NCBI GenBank assembly: GCA_947627475.1 | Contig: CANQWE010000005.1 | Span: 1 to 59,621 of the forward strand | Direction: 5' to 3' | Length of the DNA stretch: 59,621 nt | Source of the DNA: an uncultured Clostridia bacterium | Lineage (GTDB): Bacteria; Bacillota; Clostridia; Oscillospirales; CAG-272 | Shown here: positions 19,908-28,906 of the stretch, in pieces | Layout: the number at the start of each line of letters is the position of its first letter | Numbering within the stretch: position 1 is the first letter of the stretch | Made by a program: the position numbers and the translations under genes | The notes under the pieces: model-generated | Databases searched by the model: none | The model's input: only the letters and a program-made list of their open reading frames with translations | What the model was told of the DNA's origin: nothing

Positions 19908-19976
19908 GGCTCTCCTTGTTTGTGTTTCACTTTGTGAAACACCGGGGTGGTAGCTTCACTACCGGAAGGGTAGACT
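19908..19976 (-). repeat. Mosaic intergenic repeat, copy h (inverted orientation)
   Basis: The plus strand reads GGCTCTCCTTGTTTGTGTTTCACtttGTGAAACACCGGGGTGGTAGCTTCACTACCGGAAGGGTAG. Its reverse complement aligns along its length with copy b. Confidence 0.75.
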
Positions 19977-20016
19977 GCTATGTCACTTTTTTCTTTCTTC
20001 TGCTGTGTCTGTACCT

Positions 20017-21477
20017 TCATTCTTTCTCCTCAGGATCCCGCACCACCTGTAATTCAAACCAGAATGTGCTTCCCTCTCCTTTTTTACTGGATACGCCGAA
20101 CGGCGCATTATGCAGTATAAGTGCGTTTTTCACGATTGACAGGCCAAGTCCTGTGCCTGCAATCCCCCGTTTATGGAAATCGCTTGCTTTATAATACCGG
20201 TCCCAAATAAGAGGCAGCTTTTCCTTGTCGATGCCCTCTCCCGTATCTGTTACAGAAATACGACAGGTCTCCCCATCCCGGGTTTGCTGTACGGTCACAC
20301 GCTTGTCTGGGCCCGTATAATTCACCGCATTGCAGATCAAATTATACAGCACCTGTAAAATCAGCACTTGGTCTGCCTCTACATAAACTTCCTCATCTGC
20401 CGCAAAGGAAAAACTGTATCCATCTCCTTCCCGCAGATGGGAAAATCGCTTTAGCGTATCCCGTACACACTGGGTCAGAGAAAACAGGGTTTTATTGGGC
20501 TTTCTGCTGCCGGAAGTGATCCTGGACAGATCCAGCATATCGTTCACCAAAGAGGAAAGCCGACGGGTCTCATCGATGATGATCTGCATGTTTTCCGGCG
20601 TAACTTCTCCAGGGATATCCCGCATCACTTCGCTGTAGCCGGATATCATAGTTAGGGGCGTACGCAGATCGTGAGAGATATTCGCAATCAGTTCCTTCTG
20701 GAGCGCATCCAGCTTGGAAAGCTCCTCTGCCGCATAGTTCAGCGTTCTTCCAAGCTCGGCCGTTTCACGAAACTCCCCGCCCTGAAAATTTACATCGTAG
20801 TTTCCAAGTGCCAGTTTTTTTGCCTCCCGGTTCATGGAAGCCACCGGGCTGGTCACCTTGCTGGAAATTACATATGCCATTATAGCGGATACTACCAACA
20901 GGATACCTGTGATCATAATCAGCTGAAACCGCAGCGTAGACACAGTGGCGCTGACTGGCTGAAGCTCCGCATTCAAAACTATCAATAAGGTGGTTTTCCC
21001 GTTATCTACCAGCTTCGCGCAAAGCATACTTTCAAACTCTACATTGATATCGTCCAATTGATATACAGATGTGTACAAATTTTCCTGCAGCGCTCCTGTA
21101 TATACGGCATTCAGTGTAGTGTCCGTCATCAGGGAGGAATGGATCATGCAGTTAGTCTGGGTGTGGGCCTGGATCAAAAGGGTACCGCTGCTTCCGGAAA
21201 TCTGATATACGCTTACACAGGTGTTATAGCGGGAAGCAATTTCGTAAACATCTTTTTCAAAGCTTTCCCGCCCTGACGCAGCAGCTACCTTTTGCGTTGC
21301 ACTCTTGATTTCCTGGGTTTTCGTCTGTCGGTAAATGTCGTTCAAAAAAACCGCCTGCAGCAGCCAAATCACCACAAGAACTATCATGGTAAAAAACGTC
21401 AGATATCCAAACATCTTAACACGCATGCCCTCAGGCTGCCGTTTTCTTTTACGATTCCGTATCAAAACGGTATCCAA
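20017..21477 (-). CDS. Sensor histidine kinase
   Basis: 486 aa. Two TM segments, H-box SHDLRTPLT, and a C-terminal HATPase (DTGEGI, GTGLGLSIV). The start is uncertain (TTG 21477 or internal ATGs at 21426/21414). Confidence 0.9.
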   Translation of the reverse strand: MDTVLIRNRKRKRQPEGMRVKMFGYLTFFTMIVLVVIWLLQAVFLNDIYRQTKTQEIKSATQKVAAASGRESFEKDVYEIASRYNTCVSVYQISGSSGTLLIQAHTQTNCMIHSSLMTDTTLNAVYTGALQENLYTSVYQLDDINVEFESMLCAKLVDNGKTTLLIVLNAELQPVSATVSTLRFQLIMITGILLVVSAIMAYVISSKVTSPVASMNREAKKLALGNYDVNFQGGEFRETAELGRTLNYAAEELSKLDALQKELIANISHDLRTPLTMISGYSEVMRDIPGEVTPENMQIIIDETRRLSSLVNDMLDLSRITSGSRKPNKTLFSLTQCVRDTLKRFSHLREGDGYSFSFAADEEVYVEADQVLILQVLYNLICNAVNYTGPDKRVTVQQTRDGETCRISVTDTGEGIDKEKLPLIWDRYYKASDFHKRGIAGTGLGLSIVKNALILHNAPFGVSSKKGEGSTFWFELQVVRDPEEKE

Positions 21478-22153
21478 CTCCTCTCAGAGTAACAATAAAT
21501 TTGGCGTAGGGGCCAAGACTTTTGCGCAGCAGCTTGATATGGGTATCCAAGGTGCGGTCATCTCCATAGTAATCGTACCCCCAAACCTGGGTAATCAGCT
21601 TCTCCCTGGACAGCGCAATGTTTTTGTTTTCCAGCATGTAAAACAAAAGATCATATTCCTTGGGGGAAAGCTCCACTCTGCTTCCGTCCACATACACGAT
21701 CCGTGCAGCCAGATCAATGCGCAGTCCCTCCAGCTGAAAAATCTGTCCAGGTGCGGCCTCCTTTTGCCCGGTACCGGTCGTATGATACCGATGGAGCACC
21801 GCATCCACCCGCAGCATCAGTTCCTTGGGCGAAAAAGGCTTGACCACATAATCGTCGATTCCCAGGCCAAAGCCGTTGATTTTATCGTACTCTTCCCCCC
21901 TGGCAGACAGCATAATAATGGGAATATCTGAAAATTTTCGGATTTCTCTGCAGGCAGAAAAGCCGTCCAGCTCTGGCATCATAATATCACAAATCATCAG
22001 GTCGAATTTCTCCTCCCTGCACATTTGCACTGCCTGCATCCCGTCAGCTGCCTCCGCTACGGTATGCCCCTCGAACACAGCATACTTAGCGATCAGACGC
22101 CGGATCATTTCTTCATCGTCCACAATCAAAAGCTTGTACATTATATAAACCAT
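21449..22153 (-). CDS. OmpR-family response regulator
   Basis: Receiver domain (LLIVDDEE...DIMMPELDG...VVKPF) plus winged-helix output (LRGVGYRF). The start may be ATG 22141. Confidence 0.9.
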   Translation of the reverse strand: MVYIMYKLLIVDDEEMIRRLIAKYAVFEGHTVAEAADGMQAVQMCREEKFDLMICDIMMPELDGFSACREIRKFSDIPIIMLSARGEEYDKINGFGLGIDDYVVKPFSPKELMLRVDAVLHRYHTTGTGQKEAAPGQIFQLEGLRIDLAARIVYVDGSRVELSPKEYDLLFYMLENKNIALSREKLITQVWGYDYYGDDRTLDTHIKLLRKSLGPYAKFIVTLRGVGYRFDTES

Positions 22154-22312
22154 GCCTTTCTCAGCATTTCCACCGCAGAAGCCGTTGCTTTTTCTTCATT
22201 ATATAAGCATTATACTACAAAAACACAATAAATCAACCGATACCCTCCCCTGGAAATGTAAAAAATCTTTTTATGGAAGGTTCAGTCAGCACAGAGGCTT
22301 GAAAACAATATG

Positions 22313-22416
22313 CTACCCCTCCGCCAAAACTTCGTTTTGGCACCTCTCCTTACCAGGGGAGGCTTTTCTGAGTTTTGCAATTCTCCTTCTTACGGCTTCC
22401 TTGTGTAAAGGGAAAG
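22313..22416 (+). repeat. Mosaic intergenic repeat, copy c (modules C-D-linker-A)
   Basis: CTACCCCTCCGCCaaaacttcgttttGGCACCTCTCCttaccaGGGGAGGCTTTTCTGAGTTTTGCAattctccttcttacggctTCCTTGTGTAAAGGGA. Confidence 0.8.
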
Positions 22417-22520
22417 TTTTTTATTCTGCTTCCATGATAAAATGCGATAAAATGAGAAAATGTAAGAAAAAGAAAGGAAATACCAGTTTTTTTGGCCATA
22501 GTTTAATCTTTTAAGTTATT

Positions 22521-22553
22521 TTTGACTTTCTTTGACTTTGACTTTCTCTGACC
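22521..22553 (-). promoter_or_regulatory. Two tandem CtsR operators
   Basis: The minus strand reads GGTCAGA-GAA-AGTCAAA and AGTCAAA-GAA-AGTCAAA. These match the published CtsR consensus RGTCAAA-NAN-RGTCAAA and overlap the -35 and spacer of the ctsR promoter. Confidence 0.85.
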
Positions 22554-22566
22554 TTTCAGGTATACT
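22538..22566 (+). promoter_or_regulatory. Sigma-A promoter of the ctsR operon (TTGACT-17-TATACT)
   Basis: TTGACTttctctgacctttcaggTATACT, about 115 nt upstream of ctsR. Confidence 0.75.
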
Positions 22567-22681
22567 ATCGTCAGAATAAAAAAGCGGATACGCGGCAAAA
22601 GATGAAAAAACGTCGGCAGCGATGCTCCCCCTGTATAACAGGGATACCGATTGTTATAGAAAGCGCAGAAAGGGTTAAATC

Positions 22682-23134
22682 ATGCTTTTATCCGAACATA
22701 TCGCAAAATTAATTGAACAAATGATTGAGGAAGGAGATGGAACCGCAAGTGTGCAGCGCAATGATTTGGCTGCAAAGCTGGGGTGTGTTCCAAGCCAGGT
22801 TAGTTATGTGATCTCCTCCCGATTTACACCCCAAAAGGGATACATCACTGAAAGCCGGCGGGGCGGCGGCGGATATATCCGGATCGTCCGGGCGCCAATG
22901 TCTAAAAACGGGTATTTGACCCATTTCTTCCATGCTCTTGGAGACAGCGTTTCAGAAGAAGAGGCACGGGCGTATATCCGCAACCTGCAAGACAACAAAA
23001 TTATTTCCCAGCGGGAGGCATCTGTCATTACCGCTGCTGTTTGTACCTCCGCTCTGGACTGTATACAGCCTTCTGGAAGAAATATGGTACGTGCCGACAT
23101 ATTGCGGCACATTCTCATGGCACTGATGCAGTAG
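22682..23134 (+). CDS. ctsR: Class III stress gene repressor CtsR
   Basis: 150 aa. SDHIAKLIE-like N-terminus, LGCVPSQVSYVISSRFT and ESRRGGGGYIRI motifs. Confidence 0.95.
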   Translation: MLLSEHIAKLIEQMIEEGDGTASVQRNDLAAKLGCVPSQVSYVISSRFTPQKGYITESRRGGGGYIRIVRAPMSKNGYLTHFFHALGDSVSEEEARAYIRNLQDNKIISQREASVITAAVCTSALDCIQPSGRNMVRADILRHILMALMQ

Positions 23135-23225
23135 GATAAGAGAGACGGCAGGAATACGGTTTTCTTATAATAAAGCCGCTGAGCGGCACGGATATATATA
23201 GAAAATATAGAAAGGAAAAAGAAAA

Positions 23226-23723
23226 ATGAAATGCACAAGATGTAACGCTAAGGAAGCAACTGTATTTTACAGAGAAATTGTCAACGGAAAAGAAACGAAG
23301 TATGCCCTGTGCAGTGACTGCGCGGCGGCCATGGAGAAAGAGAACAAAAGTCTGTTTGCTGATCCGTTTGGCGGCAATCTGCTGGGCAGTCTCTTCTCCA
23401 GTGTCCCACAGAAAATACAGCCCAGAAAAGAAGAAAAGAAATGCACTCTTTGCGGAGCAACCTTCCGGCAGCTTGCAGAAAGCGGTAAGGTGGGGTGTCC
23501 CGCATGCTATACCTCCTTTCGGGAAGAGCTTGCACCCACATTGAAGCGACTTCATGGCACAGCAGTACACAGAGGGCGTGCACCGGCAAAATATCAGGCC
23601 AAGCGATCGGCTATGGAAAAGCTGGCATCCCTGGAACAGAACCTGAAAAAGGCAATTGAAACGGAAGCTTATGAAGAGGCAGCAAAGCTGCGGGATGAAA
23701 TCCGCGCGCTGCGTGGACAGTAA
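23226..23723 (+). CDS. mcsA: McsA (zinc-finger/UVR-motif activator of McsB)
   Basis: 165 aa. CxxC pairs (CTRCN, CSDC, CTLCG, CPAC) and a C-terminal UVR motif (EEAAKLRDEIRALR). Confidence 0.9.
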   Translation: MKCTRCNAKEATVFYREIVNGKETKYALCSDCAAAMEKENKSLFADPFGGNLLGSLFSSVPQKIQPRKEEKKCTLCGATFRQLAESGKVGCPACYTSFREELAPTLKRLHGTAVHRGRAPAKYQAKRSAMEKLASLEQNLKKAIETEAYEEAAKLRDEIRALRGQ

Positions 23724-23743
23724 CAGGAATATAGACAGAAAGG

Positions 23744-24775
23744 ATGGAGAAATATATGCTTTGGTATGAAACGAAGGGACCGGAGGGCGATGTGTTTGTA
23801 TCCACCCGGGTACGGCTGGCCCGCAATCTAGTAGACTATCCTTTTGAACCACGCCTGAGTGAAGCAGGCGCAAGGGAGATCATAGAGAAGGTCAAATCAG
23901 CCCTTGGGGAGAAGGAAGGATATACCTATCTGGACTTTACGGGGGCAGATGACGCGAAAAAGCAGTCTCTGGTGGAAAAACATCTGGTTAGCCCGGAATT
24001 TGCAGAAAAGAGTACCCCTTGTGCGGTTGTAGAAAACGAGGACAAGCAAGTATACGTCATGATCTGCGAGGAAGATCATTTGCGTATCCAGTGTATACGT
24101 TCCGGATTTGATCCAGAGGGCGCTTTGGATGCCGCCAGAGCGGCAGACGCGGCTGTCGACGCCTCTCTCCATATCGCTTTCGATGAACAGCTGGGGTACC
24201 TTACCCACTGTCCCACCAATCTGGGTACCGGACTGCGGATCTCTGTCATGATGTTTTTGCCCGCTCTGACGATTACCGGCAGGATCAAAAGTATCCAAGG
24301 GCAACTTTCGAAAATCGGACTCACTGTCCGAGGCACAACCGGTGAGGGCAGCGCCGCCAAGGGATGTCTCTATCAGTTTTCCAACTGTGTGACCCAGGGC
24401 GTTACAGAAGAAGAAATTTTAAGCAACCTGCGGGAAGCAGTAGGCAGTATCGCCCGGGTGGAACGGGAAACAAGACGGCAGCTGCTGGAAAATAACGAGG
24501 ATACCCTGCGGGACCGGGTGATGCGTGCGCTGGGAACCATGCGCAGCGCATATATGGTCGACACAGAGGAATTGTACCGGCTATACGCCGATGTGCGTAT
24601 GGGGGTGGCAATGGGAATCTGCGACCAAGTCACCTATCCCCAGCTGGACACGCTGCTGATCCGGTGTATGCCTGCAACGCTCACCATAGAAGCAGGCAAA
24701 AGCTTGTCTGTACCTCAGCGGGATAAACTCCGGGCCCAAGTTCTTCGGACAAGTATGCAGCAGGCAGAAAAATAA
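23744..24775 (+). CDS. mcsB: Protein arginine kinase McsB
   Basis: 343 aa. Phosphagen-kinase-like core (RVRLARNL, EEDHLRIQ, CPTNLGTGLR). Confidence 0.9.
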   Translation: MEKYMLWYETKGPEGDVFVSTRVRLARNLVDYPFEPRLSEAGAREIIEKVKSALGEKEGYTYLDFTGADDAKKQSLVEKHLVSPEFAEKSTPCAVVENEDKQVYVMICEEDHLRIQCIRSGFDPEGALDAARAADAAVDASLHIAFDEQLGYLTHCPTNLGTGLRISVMMFLPALTITGRIKSIQGQLSKIGLTVRGTTGEGSAAKGCLYQFSNCVTQGVTEEEILSNLREAVGSIARVERETRRQLLENNEDTLRDRVMRALGTMRSAYMVDTEELYRLYADVRMGVAMGICDQVTYPQLDTLLIRCMPATLTIEAGKSLSVPQRDKLRAQVLRTSMQQAEK

Positions 24776-24793
24776 AGAAAGGAAAATCATTTT

Positions 24794-27241
24794 ATGAGCA
24801 ATAGATTTACACAAAAAGCGCAGTATGCGCTGAATCAAGCACTTGCAACCGCCCAAGAGATGGGGCACACCTATGTGGGCACAGAACATATCCTCATGGG
24901 CCTTCTGCTGACCCAGGACAGCATTGCCAGCCGTATTCTTACAGAACGGGGTGTGAGCGCTGAATCCACCAAGGAACTGATTGCCTCCTCTGTGGGAACC
25001 GGTTCTCCTTCTTCCGTTTCGGCAGCTGATATGACCCCCATGACCAAAAAGGTCATTGAAGAAAGCGCGTTTGTTTCCGCACGGATGTCCCATAACTACA
25101 TCGGAACGGAGCATTTGCTGCTTGCCATTATAAGCGAAACGGAAAGCTTTGCAAACAAGCTGATCCGCGCACAAAATGCATCTATCGCCGATATTAAAAA
25201 CGATTTGCTGGAATACTTTGGTGCCAGTTTCGAAGAAGAGCGGGGGGAAATGTCCCCCAAAACCGCCGCAAAGGGGGACAAAGATTCTATTCCCGGCGCA
25301 CCCACCCTGTCCAAGTTTGGCACAAACCTGTGTAAGCTGGCAAAGGACGGCCGAATCGATCCCATCATCGGGCGGGATAACGAAACGGAACGTGTAATCC
25401 AAATTCTGTCCAGAAGAACCAAAAACAATCCCTGTCTCATCGGTGAACCAGGTGTAGGAAAAACCGCCGTAGTAGAAGGTTTGGCCCAGCGGATTGCAGA
25501 TGGAGCCGTACCGGAAAATCTGCGGGACAAAATTATCGTAACCCTGGATATTTCCTCTATGGTTGCCGGGGCAAAATACCGGGGCGAATTTGAGGAACGG
25601 ATGAAGGGTGTTATGGAAGAAGTGGCCAAAGATCCCCGGATCATCCTTTTCGTAGATGAGATCCACACGATTATCGGCGCCGGCGGCGCAGAAGGGGCTG
25701 TAGACGCAGCCAACATCATCAAACCGGCACTGGCCAGGGGCGCTATGCAGCTAATCGGTGCTACCACCATCGACGAGTACCGTAAGCATATTGAAAAGGA
25801 TGCGGCCTTAGAACGCAGGTTCCAGTCTGTTATGGTAGGAGAACCTACGCCAGAAGAGGCGGTGCAGATTCTAATGGGACTGCGGGACAAATACGAGGCC
25901 CATCACAAGCTGAAAATCTCCGATGAAGCCATTGAAGCCGCCGTGCAGCTGTCTGTGCGGTATATCGGTGACCGATTTTTGCCGGACAAGGCTATCGATT
26001 TGATCGACGAAGCAGCGTCCCGTCTGCGGATCAAAGGGTTTACACCGACGCCAGAGGTGAAGGAACTGGAGGAGAAGCTGCGCGGCGTCACGGCGGAGAA
26101 GGAAGAAGCAATTTTAGGAGAAGACTACGAACGGGCCGCAAAACTGCGGGACAATGAGAAAGCCCTGCAGGAACAAATAGCGTCTACGCGAAAGGATTCG
26201 GGGCAAGCTGCAGACACCGTTGTGGGGCGAAGCGATATTGAAGATATCATCACCGCTTGGACAGGAATCCCCGTGAAAAAGCTGGCAGGAGAGGAAAGTG
26301 AGCGGATGCTCCATTTAGACCAGCTGCTCCGGGAACGGATCATCGGTCAGGACGCAGCGGTAGACGCAGTTGCCAAGGCGATCCGCCGGGGACGGACCGG
26401 ACTGAAGGATCCAAACCGGCCTGTAGGGTCCTTCATTTTCCTTGGCCCCACAGGGGTAGGAAAAACGGAGCTGACCAAGGCGCTGGCTGATGTGATGTTT
26501 GGCGACGAAAATGCCATGATTCGGGTAGACATGTCCGAATATATGGAAAAGCACAGCACATCCAAAATGATCGGCTCTCCTCCTGGATATGTGGGATATG
26601 ACGAAGGGGGACAGCTGACAGAAAAAATCCGCCGTCATCCCTATTCTGTGGTCCTGTTCGACGAAATTGAGAAAGCGCATCCGGATGTGTTCAACATTCT
26701 GTTGCAGATTCTGGAGGATGGGATCCTGACAGACGCCCAAGGCAGACGGGTAGATTTCAAAAATACCGTCATTATTATGACCTCCAACGTGGGAGCCGGC
26801 AGCATCGTGGAGCCGAAAAAGTTAGGCTTTGCACCGGACAGGGACAACGGAGATACGGACATGCGCCGGGATGTAATGGACGCCCTGAAGCGGACGTTCC
26901 GGCCGGAGTTTTTGAACCGTGTGGACGAAATCGTCATTTTCAATAAACTGACGGACACAGATATTCGGAAAATTGCCGGACTGATGCTTAGGGAAGTTGC
27001 CGCACGTATCGAAGCCCAGGGAATCCATATCGCCTTCGACGATGCCGTTACAGCCATGCTGGCCAAAGAAGGCTTTGATCCTGTATACGGTGCAAGACCG
27101 CTGCGCCGTGCAATCGTTCGCAAGATAGAGGATAGTTTTTCAGAAGAAATGCTCTCAGGCAGGATCCGGGAAGGAGACCGGGTGCGTGCCGTTTTGCGGG
27201 ACGGTGCGATTGCCTATGAAAAAGAGGGGGGAGACGTGTAA
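24794..27241 (+). CDS. clpC: ATP-dependent Clp protease ATP-binding subunit ClpC
   Basis: 815 aa. Clp_N repeats, two AAA+ modules (GEPGVGKT, GPTGVGKT) and a UVR linker (YERAAKLRD). Confidence 0.95.
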   Translation: MSNRFTQKAQYALNQALATAQEMGHTYVGTEHILMGLLLTQDSIASRILTERGVSAESTKELIASSVGTGSPSSVSAADMTPMTKKVIEESAFVSARMSHNYIGTEHLLLAIISETESFANKLIRAQNASIADIKNDLLEYFGASFEEERGEMSPKTAAKGDKDSIPGAPTLSKFGTNLCKLAKDGRIDPIIGRDNETERVIQILSRRTKNNPCLIGEPGVGKTAVVEGLAQRIADGAVPENLRDKIIVTLDISSMVAGAKYRGEFEERMKGVMEEVAKDPRIILFVDEIHTIIGAGGAEGAVDAANIIKPALARGAMQLIGATTIDEYRKHIEKDAALERRFQSVMVGEPTPEEAVQILMGLRDKYEAHHKLKISDEAIEAAVQLSVRYIGDRFLPDKAIDLIDEAASRLRIKGFTPTPEVKELEEKLRGVTAEKEEAILGEDYERAAKLRDNEKALQEQIASTRKDSGQAADTVVGRSDIEDIITAWTGIPVKKLAGEESERMLHLDQLLRERIIGQDAAVDAVAKAIRRGRTGLKDPNRPVGSFIFLGPTGVGKTELTKALADVMFGDENAMIRVDMSEYMEKHSTSKMIGSPPGYVGYDEGGQLTEKIRRHPYSVVLFDEIEKAHPDVFNILLQILEDGILTDAQGRRVDFKNTVIIMTSNVGAGSIVEPKKLGFAPDRDNGDTDMRRDVMDALKRTFRPEFLNRVDEIVIFNKLTDTDIRKIAGLMLREVAARIEAQGIHIAFDDAVTAMLAKEGFDPVYGARPLRRAIVRKIEDSFSEEMLSGRIREGDRVRAVLRDGAIAYEKEGGDV

Positions 27242-27319
27242 CTGGTTCCAGCTTATGCAGTGTCCACTAAAGCAAACAGCAACCTAGACACTGTTAGTAG
27301 AGTACCTTTCTATATAAAG

Positions 27320-27445
27320 CCTACGTCGGTGGAGCATAAAGCCTCCCCCTTTTCAGGGGAGGCTTTCCTAAGTTTTGTAGCTCTCCTCCACAACGACTCC
27401 CATGTGTAAAGGGAGCTGTCGGCAAAGCCGACTGTGGGATTGCTC
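27320..27445 (+). repeat. Mosaic intergenic repeat, copy d (modules D-linker-A-B)
   Basis: GCCTCCCCCttttcaGGGGAGGCTTTCCTAAGTTTTGTAgctctcctccacaacgacTCCCATGTGTAAAGGGAGCTGTCGGCAAAGCCGACTGTGGGATTG. Hairpin D plus TTTCC may terminate clpC. Confidence 0.8.
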
Positions 27446-27486
27446 TACTATCGCCTTGTTCCTTCTACAATAAAAATGTATACGTC

Positions 27487-27515
27487 CAAAACAGCCGGCC
27501 CCATCGGACCGGCTG
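27487..27515 (-). terminator. Rho-independent terminator after the SGNH hydrolase gene
   Basis: The minus strand reads CAGCCGGtccgatggggCCGGCTG followed by TTTTGG. Confidence 0.7.
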
Positions 27516-27524
27516 CCTGCGCTC

Positions 27525-28142
27525 TTATTTTTTGTAGTAAATATGGTCAAACGCATTGGCGTAAAGGGTGCCCATCAGCTTGCAGCTGTTCAGCGTGGGA
27601 TGCACCCCGTCCTCCGACCAATACTGCACATCCCGCTCCACGCAGGCCGCCGCAAATATACCGTCCAACGGAATAAACGCGTCTGCATACTGGCGTGCCA
27701 GCTTGCGGGTGATCAAAATTTTGGGAAATACATCCTCTCTGAAAAACTCCTTATCCTGAACCGGCAGCAAAAATTGCTCCATTATCAGAATTTTGGCGTT
27801 TGTCTTTCTTTTAATTTCTTCCAAAATAAACTGATAATTCTCTTCAAACTTTTCGTTTGGCAGCCATTCTTTCTTTTCAGCCCGGTGCCATGTGTCATTT
27901 ACCCCGATTAAAACAGATACGAAATCCGGCTGCAGATCTATACACTGTTCCTGCCAGCAGGCTACCAGGTCCCCGCTCTGTCTGCCGCTGAGCCCATAAT
28001 TCAAAAATTCCAGATCCAGATACGGATGCCGGTTTTGAATCTCCCTTGCTGCATAGTAGGCGTATCCGCCTCCCAAATGATGACAGTCGCTCCGGTCTCT
28101 TCCGCCGTCTGTTATAGAATCTCCCTGAAATAAAATCTTCAT
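27525..28142 (-). CDS. SGNH/GDSL-family hydrolase
   Basis: 205 aa. Block I GDSITDG at the N-terminus and DGVHPT near the C-terminus. Confidence 0.85.
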   Translation of the reverse strand: MKILFQGDSITDGGRDRSDCHHLGGGYAYYAAREIQNRHPYLDLEFLNYGLSGRQSGDLVACWQEQCIDLQPDFVSVLIGVNDTWHRAEKKEWLPNEKFEENYQFILEEIKRKTNAKILIMEQFLLPVQDKEFFREDVFPKILITRKLARQYADAFIPLDGIFAAACVERDVQYWSEDGVHPTLNSCKLMGTLYANAFDHIYYKK

Positions 28143-28156
28143 CGTTCTTTTTCCCC

Positions 28157-28663
28157 TTATTCAATGAAATTATTTTTGTTCTCCGGAATCGCACCAGCAC
28201 ATTGCAGCCCTGCAAAATTTTTCTGACGGAGCACCTCATACACCCCGATGGCAACCGCATTGGACAAGTTCAGACTGCGCAGTCCCTGCCGCATGGGAAG
28301 GCGCACGCACCGCCCGTAATGCTGCCGCAAAAAGTCTTCCGGCAGCCCTTTCGTTTCCTTGCCAAACATCAGAAATACCTCATCCGGGTAGACAACCTGG
28401 GTATAATCTTTTTCTGCTTTTGTAGAAAAGCAGAAAAAATCCGCATCGGGGTGCTTTGCAAAAAAGTCTGCCAGGTCCGTGTAATAATGGATATCCAGGC
28501 TGTGCCAGTAATCCAGACCCGCCCGCTTCAGCTTTGCATCATCAATCCGAAACCCCAGCGGCTCCACCAAATGAAGGGACGCGCCGGTTGCCGCGCAGGT
28601 GCGGGCGATATTGCCGGTATTTTGTGGAATTTCCGGTTCCACCAAAACGATATGAATGTGCAT
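28157..28663 (-). CDS. trmL: tRNA (cytidine/uridine34-2'-O)-methyltransferase (SpoU/TrmH class)
   Basis: MHIHIVLVEPEIPQNTGNIARTCAATG N-terminus. The track start 28681 is probably 6 codons too long. Confidence 0.85.
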   Translation of the reverse strand: MHIHIVLVEPEIPQNTGNIARTCAATGASLHLVEPLGFRIDDAKLKRAGLDYWHSLDIHYYTDLADFFAKHPDADFFCFSTKAEKDYTQVVYPDEVFLMFGKETKGLPEDFLRQHYGRCVRLPMRQGLRSLNLSNAVAIGVYEVLRQKNFAGLQCAGAIPENKNNFIE

Positions 28664-28906
28664 CGTATGATCATTTCCCATCTTATGTAATCTTCTCCAG
28701 AAGGATTATAGCATTGTACATATCTTTTGTCTATAGCCTATGCTGTAAATTTTTATTTTTTTCTTTACATTCGGGTGTAGTTGTTGTACAATAATTATGA
28801 TTATTGCATTATATTCATTTGGTTGACAGAAATGCGGCAACGCTGCAAATTCAGATTTCTGAACCTCGCCCGGCCTGCTGCCGGAGAAAGAAAGTGTGTT
28901 TGAAAC

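Noticed and set aside
22152-22514. ORFs running through intergenic repeat copies: 22152..22514, 36171..36362, 57072..57323, 19871..20194 and 16210..16458.
   Set aside because: They coincide with the mosaic hairpin repeats or AT-rich promoter DNA and lack RBSs. Their reading frames are not conserved between repeat copies.
24581-25666. Long ORFs antisense to, or overlapping, well-supported genes. Examples: 361 aa at 24581..25666 and 264 aa at 25096..25890 (opposite clpC); 468 aa at 49792..51198 (opposite comM); 295 aa at 44357..45244 (opposite dusB); 279 aa at 46194..47033 (opposite lepA); 266 aa at 29543..30343 (opposite secA). Also 2200..3015, 1091..1858, 10394..10954, 12030..12578, 15543..16118, 23115..23873, 31139..31816, 34535..35206, 56230..56877, 58370..58867 and 58986..59468.
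   Set aside because: Each lies opposite a gene with clear family motifs. Their translations are low-complexity (Arg/Gly/His/Pro-rich) with no recognisable domains or RBS. Such antisense ORFs are expected in moderately GC-rich coding DNA.
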